64,000 bases of DNA from Octopus sinensis (lineage: Eukaryota). Positions 38,969-49,190 of this stretch are shown one piece after another (the stretch's first letter is position 1; the number at the start of each line of letters is the position of its first letter). The stretch is taken from the NCBI RefSeq assembly GCF_006345805.1, contig NC_043013.1:49848001-49912000 (forward strand), read 5' to 3'. The notes beneath the pieces are model-generated. The model saw only the letters and a program-made list of their open reading frames with translations, made no database searches and was not told the DNA's origin. The position numbers and the translations under genes were made by a program.

Positions 38969-39562
38969 CTAGCAGTATTGCCCGGCTCAACGGGGATTTC
39001 AGGGAGTCACTGGCGATGTATCGTGATGATCGAAAATCCGGCCTGCTAAAATTTGGTTAAAGTGATTCAAACTGCAGACTCAACACAAAATGGTCACATT
39101 TAATTCAAAGCGTTAAAAATGTTATGAAAACAATTGGTATTTGTTCACAAAGTCCAAACGATTAATACGAAAAAACCCTCCAGGCTACATCCCGAAAATT
39201 CATTTCTTTGCCAAATTTCTACAATGTTTACGGCGATTCGTTTTTATATCTTGATTTTTTATTTTTCATGCAATTTACGCATGCTTGCACGCATGGTGAA
39301 CGCAGTTCACGTCAAACAGCTGACTGAGTAAAGTTTGCTATTCAACGCATTGGATAAGGCCTAAACAAACACATCATCGATTTCTGCATTTACGAGATGA
39401 ATTTCGGAACAGAAATAGCGCAGTTCAATTTTCATTCGCCTAAACTTTAAGTGACCCATTTTTTGTGGTTCTACGATTTGTTGGCTAGAAGGAGATGTGC
39501 CAGGAAGTTAAACACACAGACACACACACACAGACACACAAGTTGAGTTTTATATATATAGA
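38969..39562 (-). mobile_element. Non-autonomous Helitron-like element
   Basis: Minus strand A|TCTATATATATAAAA...GC-rich hairpin...CTAG|T; (CA/GA) microsatellite near the 5' end. Confidence 0.7.
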
Positions 39563-40386
39563 TTTCATTCTTTTGTCTACTTTCTTCCTCATAGTCTGAC
39601 CTTCAAATAGAATAGAAATTTATAGTCAACCTGATCCTTTTATGTTCATTTATCTATTTTTTTTTTATCTATATATTTTATATTTTGGTTGTAATTTTAT
39701 TTTGCTGTCACTATATTTATGGTTTTGGTATTGTCTGTATACTGCTGGCGGTGACACATCACTTTGGATATACATTATCAAACTGAGAGGATCTATTGAA
39801 GAACTTATTTAAACAATCACCTGAGGAGAGATGCATTCTACACCTTGGATGTAAAATTATGATTGCACATCTCACCTATATACAACAATAAAAACTTGGA
39901 AACATTATGTTAAATAATCAGACAAGTCTTCAGTTATCAATTTTCATGTGTGGTATCAATCAAGTCTAAAGACAGTTCCTTTCTCTTTAATTATCATGAG
40001 CACTTCACAGATCTTTTTTATAGTCCCTCAGGACTATAAATAAAATATATACATACAATATTAGATATGTACATATATACACAAGAGAACTACATGAGTA
40101 CCTATATCGCTAATGATAGAAGTCAAAAAATACTTCTCTACCACCGAATAGTCACAAATCTATTACAGACAAGATTTGAAAAAATATCAATGAACAATAA
40201 TAATAATGTCTTACCTGAGTATTTTTGGACCTCTATCTTTAGCGATATAGGTACTCATGTAGTACCTCTTGTGCATATATGTACATATTGTATGTATATA
40301 TTTTATTTATTTGCCTGTACGGCTGATAATTCGCTTACCACTTGTGATGGTATTTTAATAATACCATCCCTATATTTATTTATATA

Positions 40387-40758
40387 CTAGCAGTATCGCC
40401 CGGCGTTGCTCAGGTTTGTAAGGGAAATAACTATAAAGCATTTTTAGAGAGTTATAGCCAAAAAATAGCAAAAAAATGGAAAAAAATGATGGTAAATTTT
40501 TTTTTAGTTAAAAAAGGTGGAGTTGTGTCCCCTAGACAGTTTGTGTTTCTGATTCTGGACCCCATGTCGAATTTATCGATTTTTTCAGAACTGGGGGAAC
40601 TTTTCAAAATGTTCGCTGCGTTAGTTTTGAATTATGACATGGGCTATGTGTGGTCAAGTTTCATCAGAATCGGTTGAAAGCCGTGGTCAGGGTGAGGGTA
40701 CAAGCAAACAGACACACAGAAACACGCACAGACAAACTGCCGTTTATATAGAGAGAGA
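40387..40758 (-). mobile_element. Non-autonomous Helitron-like element
   Basis: Same termini architecture; hairpin cccggcgttgctcagg next to CTAG. Confidence 0.7.
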
Positions 40759-40763
40759 TATAT

Positions 40764-41160
40764 AGGAGTGGCTGTGTGGTAAGTAACTTGCTAACCAACC
40801 ACATGGTTCCGGGTTCAGTCCCACTGCGTGGCATCTTGGGCAAGTGTCTTCTGCTATAGCCTCGGGCCGACCAATGCCTTGTGAGTGAATTTGGTAGACG
40901 GAAACTGAAAGAAGCCTGTCGTATATATGTATATATATATGTGTGTGTGTGTGTATGTGTTTGTCCCCCCAACATCGCTTGACAACCGATGCTGGTGTGT
41001 TTACGTCCCCGTTACTTAGCGGTTCGGCAAAAGAGACTGATAGAATAAGTACTGGGCTTACAAAGAATAAGTCCCGGGGTCGATTTGCTCGACTAAAAGG
41101 TGGTGCTCCAGCATGGCCGTAGTCAAATGACTGAAACAAGTAAAAGAGTAAAAAAGAGTA
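40764..41160 (+). mobile_element. Family B SINE
   Basis: Near full-length copy. Confidence 0.85.
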
Positions 41161-41179
41161 TATATATAGACAAGAATTC

Positions 41180-41420
41180 CTCAGAGCAGAGTTGGAATGG
41201 CATCTCCTGGAAATGATTTTATATGGTTTTGCAGGGACCAAGTTATGTTATGCCTAATTTTATCTTCCTTAAGTTGCCACACAAAATTGGCCAAACATGT
41301 TGAATGTCTCTTATTGATTTTCGTGAAGCTAGTGACATGGTTGCAATAACCGGTTGTTAAGTATCCTACTCGTGAGGGATTGATGCAAGATGGGTCAAAA
41401 CAATTGTAGTGATTAATAAA
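41180..41420 (-). mobile_element. Penelope-like GIY-YIG fragment
   Basis: VGYLTTGYCNHVTSFTKINKRHSTCLANFVWQLKEDKIRHNITWS. Confidence 0.65.
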
Positions 41421-41532
41421 AATTCCCGTATCTTCCATCATTCGTTCCTCATTAACCAAATACATAGCAAACGCTGTGAAAGTGATCGTGCTTTACCAGT
41501 AAGCTACCAGGTATAAACCATTTTATACGGAA

Positions 41533-42060
41533 AAACCAGATATTTTGATGTGGTGTGAAAGAAAGAAAGTTGTAAATATAGTCGCGCTAACGGTTCCTCA
41601 TGAATATAATATGGACGCCGCTCGGGCTCGAAAATTGAACCGTTATGTAAACCTCCTCGAGGAATGTGAAGACGCAGGGTAGAAAGCGGAACATTTTCCA
41701 ATCGAAGTCGGATGTAGAGGGTTTGTTGGACACAGCGTGAGACGACTGTTGTTATCGCTAGGCCTAACTCATCGTAAAGTCAATACCACCATGACTGATA
41801 TCCAATCTACAGTGGAGAAGGCTAGCCACTGGATTTGGTTAAAAAGAGACGATGAGCGATGGCTAGAAGGATATTGAGCTTTATTTCATAACCAGCTGAT
41901 CTAGCAAGCGGGGCCTCATATCAGTGAGGTGCGCATTGATTCCGTCGAGAGGTAGGCCCCGAAACGGCACGCATTCTCTCCTGATGACCCCATACACTTG
42001 CTGGCTTCCGGTATGCGGAGCTTTTGACTGGTAGCACTTGCATGTGCAAGTTGTTTGCAA
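41533..42060 (+). mobile_element. HERO/NeSL-like RLE retrotransposon 3' end
   Basis: 41533-41877 reads KPDILMW...LTVPHE...RKLNRY...G*KAEHFPIEVGCRGFVG...EKASHWIWLKR with one internal stop, followed by a 3' UTR. Confidence 0.8.
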
Positions 42061-42258
42061 GACATCTATTATATATATATATGGTTTTATGCTAAGAAGT
42101 GGTACCAGAATTTTTTACTCAAATCAAATGTAACAAACTACTCCAAATTGTTGTTAGAGTATCCACATAAGTAAAAAACTGGAGTGGCTTGTTTGTACTG
42201 GCATCAATAATATAATTTGTAAAAATGAAGTCAAACTAATTAGTGTTATTTACACATA

Positions 42259-42548
42259 TATATATAAATTATAAGAGAGTTACCACTATGTGGTTAGCTC
42301 TAGTGCTAAAAATAGCTCCGATTACTGGTATAGCCACAGAAAGTAGTTTCCAAGAAGAAATAACATTACATTTAGCGGAAGGAAAGTGAAACATAACGAA
42401 AAAATATTCGTTATATTTCACTTTCCTTCCGCTAAATGTAATGTTATTTCTTCTTGGAAACTACTTTCTGTGGCTATACCAGTAATCGGAGCTATTTTTA
42501 GCGCTAGAGCTAACGACATAGTAGTAATTCTCTTATAATTTATATATA
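42259..42548. repeat. Near-perfect 290-bp palindrome (foldback element)
   Basis: 142-bp arms (42259-42400, 42407-42548), 6-nt loop aaaata, 5 mismatches, TA-rich ends. Confidence 0.95.
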
Positions 42549-43046
42549 AATTTGTATTATCTCCCTGGTTTTATGTGCTAAGCCACTTGGTGTTAAACTG
42601 ATGGTATTATTAAATTAATATCAAATTTTTCACCCTCATTTATATATATATATATATGAGTAATTTTAAATTATATCTTCAAGTTAACTTGAGATTCTTA
42701 ACAACAATGTAACCTTCATATAATTAAGGTATCTTCTACTTGATGAGTAGGTAGCTGAGTAATTATTACCTCAGAAGATCTGCGTAGCTACGAAACATAC
42801 ATAACCTGAACTTTGCCTACTCCACTCCCTCAATTTGGATTTTTATACTCAAGTTGCTAACCAGGAACTATATAAAAAAAATTGTTTCAGGTCATCAAAC
42901 TTCGATGTGAGAAAGACCTGCAACCCTCACCAAGAAATTATTGGTCCTGAACGTTGTTTTTTTATAGCTTACAGACTTTCTTCGCTTAGATCCTTGGATC
43001 TTATAAATTACGCACGCACGCACACACACACACACACACACACACA

Positions 43047-43077
<31 letters not shown>

Positions 43078-43537
43078 TTGTTGTGCAAGATTTTTTATGT
43101 GAAGTCGTGAGTTGAAACAGATATTGTTGTATTTCGGAATGGTCATTTTGCCAGTTTAGCCAATAAAAACACATGCACAATATATTTGGTGTTACTTTGC
43201 TTCAGTATATAAACAGAAGATACAAATATTACAGGCATTTCCCCCCACACACACACTAACTAAACATAGACACACATAGAGGTATACACATGCTCAAATG
43301 AAGAAACATACAATAGAAATGCAAAATGGCTGACCGTTAGTAAGGAGAGACACACAAATAAGAAAGAAGAAAGCAAAGGACCACTGATGAGGTCACAGGA
43401 GTGTGACGAAAGAACTCTGGCCGAAATAAGATTAAGATTAATGTCAAAAATAAATAACACTGAAGCAAAGTAACACCAAATATATCGTGCGTGTGTTTTT
43501 ATTGGCTAAACTGGCAAAATGCACCATTCCGAAATAT

Positions 43538-43540
<3 letters not shown>

Positions 43541-43577
<37 letters not shown>

Positions 43578-43792
43578 ATATGTATGTATATATGTATGTG
43601 TATATGTATATATGTATGTATATATGTATGTGTATATGTATATATGTATGTATATATGTATGTATATATACATATATATGTATATGTATGTATATATGTA
43701 TATGTATATGTATGTATATATGTATGTATATATGTATGTGTATATATATATATGTATGTATGTGTATGTATATATATATATATATATATATA
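43541..43792. repeat. Compound (TA)/(TATG)/(TATATG) microsatellite
   Basis: About 250 bp of low-complexity sequence. Confidence 0.95.
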
Positions 43793-44193
43793 GGCGCAGG
43801 AGTGGCTGTGTGGTAAGTAGCTTGTTTACCAACCACGTGGTTCCGGGTTCAGTCCCACTGGGTGGAACCTTGGGCAAGTGTCTTCTGCTATAGCCCCGGG
43901 CCAACCAATGCCTTGTGAGTGGATTTGGTAGACAGAAACTGAAAGAAGCCCGTCGTATATATGTATATATATATGTGTATGTGTGTGTGTTTGTGTGTCT
44001 GTGTTTGTCCCCCTAGCATTGCTTGACAACCGATGCTGGTGTGTTTACGTCCCTGTCTCTTAGCGGTTCGGCAAAAGAGACCGATAGAATAAGTACTGGG
44101 CTTACAAAGAATAAGTCCCAGGGTCGAGTTGCTCGACTAAAGGCAGTACTCCAGCATGGTCGCAGTCAAATGACTGAAACAAGTAAAAGAGTA
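43793..44193 (+). mobile_element. Family B SINE
   Basis: Full-length copy directly after a long TA/TG microsatellite. Confidence 0.85.
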
Positions 44194-44688
44194 ATATCAT
44201 CATTTACTGTTCATTCTCCATGCTAGCATGGGTTGGGTAGTTTGACAGGGGCTGGTCAGCTGCAGAGCTGCCCAGGCTCTCTTTTGTCTGTTTTTGGCAT
44301 GGTTTCTACAACAGGATGCCCTTTCTAATGCCAACCACCTTACAGAGTGTACTGGATGGTTTTAACGTAGGACCAGTGCAGCCGCTTTTACGTGCCACTG
44401 CTACGGGTGCTTTTTTGTGACACTACTGCAGGTGCTTTTATGTGGTACCAGCACAAGTACTTTTATGTGGCACCAGCACCCACAAGCCCACAAAAACTAG
44501 GATCTCTCAGCTGAGAGAGAGACAGAGCAGTGCTACTCAAAGTGGTGGTCCATGGACTTGTGCCAGTCCGTGAGCCGTCAACTGCCAGTACGGTGCAAGT
44601 TTCCAGGAAAGAAAGAAACATTATAAAATTGTATTATTTGTTTACAAAATAAATATAAGATAAAAAAAAAATTGTCAACTTTATCATA

Positions 44689-45040
44689 GGCGTGGGAGTG
44701 GCTGTGTGGTAAGTAGCTTGCTAACCAACCACATGGTGGCATCTTGGGCAAGTGTCTTCTGCTATAGCCCCGGGCCGACCAATGCCTTGTGAGTGGATTT
44801 GGTAGACGGAAACTGAAAGAAGCCTGTCATATATGTGTATGTTTGTCCCCCTAGCATTGCTTGACAACCGATGCCGGTGTGTTTATGTCTCCGTTACTTA
44901 GCGGTTTGGCAAAAGAGACCGATAGAATGAGTACTGGGCTTACAAAGAATAAGTCTCGGGGTCGATTTGCTCGACTAAAGGCGGTGTTCCAGCATGGCCG
45001 CAGTCAAATGACTGAAACAAGTAAAAGAGTAAAAAGAGTA
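44689..45040 (+). mobile_element. Family B SINE
   Basis: Copy with internal deletions; lies in a possible degenerate hAT element starting cagtgctactcaaagtg near 44528. Confidence 0.8.
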
Positions 45041-45265
45041 TATTCATTATGTATATTGTTTCTGGTATAAATTAATATTACTAAAAAATATCACCAATCC
45101 TTGGTACATTGGGAAAAAAACTGCCGGTACGCCACATTGGATAGTTTCTGTATGAATTGACAGGACATGTATTTACAAATGCATATCTCTGCATACTCTG
45201 GTGATTATGCTTGTGTTTATGTAATGAATTAATAAGTTTTTGGTGGTGCAGATGTATAGGATTAG

Positions 45266-45481
45266 CCCTTTAGCATTCAGATTATTCTGTCAGATGTTAA
45301 TTCACATTCTTTTGAATCAGTCATGCATTATCTCATTGCTCTGTGATGTCAATGATGTAATTTTTTTATTATTTTAAGAATGACATTGTAGCACAGGTGT
45401 GAGAGACTGGATCTAAGCCAGTTTCAGTATAAGACAATTAGAATATTTTGGTCAGATATGGTTGGTTCAAATGCTAAAGGA
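45266..45481. mobile_element. piggyBac-type MITE (same family)
   Basis: ttag|ccctttagc...gctaaagga|ttaa. Confidence 0.8.
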
Positions 45482-45838
45482 TTAATGTGTGTTAACTGAG
45501 GAGTACCATGTGGTGTTGTTGTGGTGAAGAGAAGTATTTGTAGGGGTTTTTGTAGTTGCAGGTCTGTTTATTGGTGTGATGATGATGATGTGCATTTCAG
45601 CATGTCTGAATGTGCATCTGAAGTAATCCGTTCTATCTGCATGCCAGTGTGTATATGCAGTTTTACTCTTCGATGATGTGTACAGGTATAGGATAATGTA
45701 TGTGGTATGTTATGGAAGGGTACAATGTGGAAGTTGTAATACATTGTGGTTAGGTGCTGTTGTGTGAATATGACCATGCTATTCACACCTGAAAGGTATG
45801 AATATTGAGTTGACAGGAACTTCAATATTCATCTTTAA

Positions 45839-46255
45839 TCCTTTAGTATTCAGATTATTCTATCAAATGTAATGCTTATTTATTCACATTGTTTTGAATT
45901 AATCATGCGTTATCTTGTAGCTTTGAGATTTCAGTGGCCGTTCGCCAGCCCTCATCTGGCACCTGTGCCGGTGGCATGTAAAAATGCACCCACTACACTC
46001 ACGGAGTGGTTGGCGTTAGGAAGGGCATCCAGCTGTAGAAACATTGCCAGATCAGACTGGGCCTGGTGCAGCCTCCTGGCTTCCCAGACCCCAGTTGAAC
46101 CGTCCAACCCATGCTAGCATGGAAAGCGGACGCTAAACGATGATGATGATGATGATTATTTATTTTTGCATTAATATTGTATGGGAGCTATGAGAAAGCT
46201 GATCTGGCTAGTTTGAACATTTGGCTCGGATATTATCGGTTTAAGTGCTAAAGGG
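45839..46255. mobile_element. piggyBac-type MITE interrupted by an RTE tail (45934-46157)
   Basis: TTAA at both ends; internal RTE UTR ending in (GAT)n. Confidence 0.8.
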
Positions 46256-46371
46256 TTAAGAGCTTATTTAAAGACAAAATTTGAAGTCACAGTCAACTTA
46301 ATATAATCAATAATTTTACTTTGCTAAAAGTATTGAGTTCTACAAGCAATGTTTTATTGTTTTTTAAGACA

Positions 46372-46840
46372 GCTAGCTGGCAGAATCATTAGCACACTAA
46401 GCAAAATGCTTAGGGGCATTTTGTCTGCCTGCACATTCTTGGTTCAAACTCCACCGAGGTCGACTTCGCCTTTCATCCTTTTGCGATTAATAAATTAAAT
46501 GCCTATTTCTTTATTATCCACAAGGGGCTAAACACAGAGGGGACAAACAAGGACAGACATAGGTATTAAGTCGATTACATCGACCCCAGTGCGTAACTGG
46601 TACTTAATTTATCGACCCCGAAAGGATGAAAGGCAAAGTCGACCTCGGCGGAATTTGAACTCACAACGTAACGCAGACGAAATACCGCTAAGCATTTCGT
46701 CCGGCGTGCTGTTTCTGCCAGCTTGCCGCCTTAATAAATTAAATACCAGTTGAACACTGGGGTCAATGTAATCAATTAGCACCCCCCCCCCCAAATTCCT
46801 GGCCTTGTGCCAAAATTTGAAACCAATATTTTGTTGTTTT
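46372..46840. mobile_element. Family C SINE (-, 46501-46730) nested in an older related SINE (+)
   Basis: 14-bp TSD ttaataaattaaat at 46487-46500 and 46731-46744. Confidence 0.8.
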
Positions 46841-46880
46841 TCTACAAGTTCATCGGCAATTCGTATGTATGTATGTATAT

Positions 46881-46912
<32 letters not shown>

Positions 46913-47083
46913 ATGTGTGCGCGTGTGTATACACTGACTTAATATATATCTGTATATTCATGTATGCATATAAATATTAGAATGTACCATTTATTTGTAA
47001 GTGTTACTTTGTAGAACATTAAAATGCAAATGACCAAATACCAAAGATTCATATTAAAAAGGAATCTCTTTTCACCTGTGCAG

Positions 47084-47165
47084 GCTTACCATTTTCTTCG
47101 TTACTTACCATCTGCCAAGGAGACTTATAGTGACGGAAGGATTTACAGTGTATTACGGGTGAAAG
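47084..47165 (+). other. Probable 5' UTR part of the first coding exon
   Basis: Acceptor-like ctcttttcacctgtgcag| ends at 47083; no ATG between it and the start codon; implies an upstream non-coding exon. Confidence 0.5.
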
Positions 47166-47214
47166 ATGCCACCAAGGCAGAGAAGAATAGCCATGATGGG
47201 TTACAGATCTGTAG
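47166..47214 (+). CDS. Rheb: Rheb-type small GTPase, first coding exon (MPPRQRRIAMMGYRSV-G, phase 1)
   Basis: gaaagATG context; encodes the Rheb-diagnostic P-loop start GYRSVG (Arg at the Ras G12-equivalent position); strong donor G|gtaagt at 47215. Confidence 0.9.
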
Positions 47215-47523
47215 GTAAGTGACCGTATACTCTTCTATATTCTTATACATCTATGTATGATAAATAAATGTATGTGTGTATATAGCTATATATACACACA
47301 TACTTAGGGCTGTCTATTGACATGCAAGTATGTGTATAAACAGATTTATGAATGACTATACAATCCACAAGCCTCTCACTCAAAATGATGAAACCATTAC
47401 AATGCGATGAATATCAAAACATGATTATTTTCATAGGAAAATACCTTGTATTTAGACGAGTCGAGAGGTAAATATGTATCTACTTTCTACAAATGCACAC
47501 ACACACGCACACACACTTGTATA

Positions 47524-48639
47524 CAAGGGATGGTTGAAAAGTTCAGAGGCTGACCAAGACACTCTCATGGAAGGTGACTAAATGAGGTTTATTTTTCGAC
47601 ATAGTCCACTTTGTGATCCACACACTTCTTTCATCGGTGTTGCCGTGTCTGGATCCCATTGGTGATCAAAAAACTCACCAACAGCAGATTTGGATTGGAA
47701 GCACTCCGTCGGTTACAACGATGAGGGTTCCGGTTGATCCGAATCAACGGAACAGCCTGCTCGTGAAATTAATGTGTAAGTGGCTGAGCACTCCACAGAC
47801 ACGTGCACCCTTAACATAGTTCTCAGGGATATTCAGCGTGACACAGAGAGTGACAAGGCCGGCCCTTTGAAATACAGGTACAACAGAAACAGGAAGTAAG
47901 AGTGAGTGAAAGTTGTGGTGAAAGAGTACAGCAGGGATCACCACCACCCCCTGCCGGAGCCTCGTGGAGCTTTCAGGTGTTTTCGCTCAATAAACACTCA
48001 CAAACACTGTGAATCGAAACCGCGATCCTATGACCGCGAGTCCGCTGCCCTAACCACTGGGCCATTGCGCCTCCACAGCAGATATAACCATCATATTCAC
48101 TGTGATACTCATTCCCAGCCAAGTATTTTTTCCAGTTGAAGAACAGATGATAGTCAGATGGGTCCAAATTGGGAGAATAAGGAGGCTCATCAACCAGTTC
48201 AAAGCCACAACAATCATTGATACAAAGGACAATGCTCCAGCATTGTCCTGATGTAACAAGACCCCATTCATCAGTTTTCTTGGGTTTTCTTTTTTGGTCT
48301 TGATAGTCTTTCGTAAACTTAATTTATTGACCCCAAAAGGATGAAAGGCAAAGTCGACCTCGGCAGATTTGAACTCACAACGTAATGCAGACGAAATACC
48401 GCTAAGCATTTCACCCGGCGTGCTAACGTTTCTGCCAGCTCGCCGCCTCAAGATAAATTAAATACCAGTTGAATACTGGGGTCAATGTAATCAACTAGCA
48501 CCCCCCCCCCAAATTACTGGCCTTGTGCCAAAATTTGAAACCAATATTTCGTTGTTTTCTACAAGTTCATCGGCAATTCCACCCTGTACTTAACTCCATG
48601 TCCCCCTACATGGCCTTGCTATTTGCTTTTGAGCCAAAT

Positions 48640-48670
<31 letters not shown>

Positions 48671-49190
48671 TTCATATGTATGTATATATATATATATATA
48701 ATGTGTGCATGTGTGTATACACTGACTTAATATATATCTGTATATTCATGTATGTATATAAATATTAGAGGCCGATAGAATAAGTACTGGGCTTACAAAG
48801 AATAAGTCCCGGGGTTGAGTTGCTCGATTAAAGGCGGTGCTCCATCATGGCCGCAGTCAAATGACTGAAACAAGTAAAAGAGTATATATATTTACATATA
48901 TATATATATATATGGTTTAGTACTTTGCATTGATTGTGTGGCCCTTTTGGAGATAGTCAATAAACACAATGCCTTTTGTATCCCCAAAAACAGAGGCCGT
49001 TGCCTCCCCTGCAGAGGAAATGACCTTGGCCTTCTTTGGAGCAGGTACCGAGAGGTGTTATCACTGCATAGATTGTCTCTTTATCTCTGACTCAAAGTGA
49101 TTAAACCAACACTCATCCTGGGTTAAGAAACATTCAAGGAAACCTGCTTGATCTGTCTTAGACAATATCAGATTTTGCCATGATGTGATC
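47524..49190 (-). mobile_element. Mariner transposase relic broken by SINEs and a duplication
   Basis: TA-flanked end caagggatggttgaaaagttc; PYSPNLDPSDY-like motif, LLHQDNA, FLTQDECWFNHFE, PAPKKAKV. Confidence 0.8.
47690..48074 (-). mobile_element. tRNA-derived SINE (family A) inserted in the mariner relic
   Basis: Reverse complement of 147-524; 9-bp TSD acagcagat (47681-47689, 48075-48083). Confidence 0.85.
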
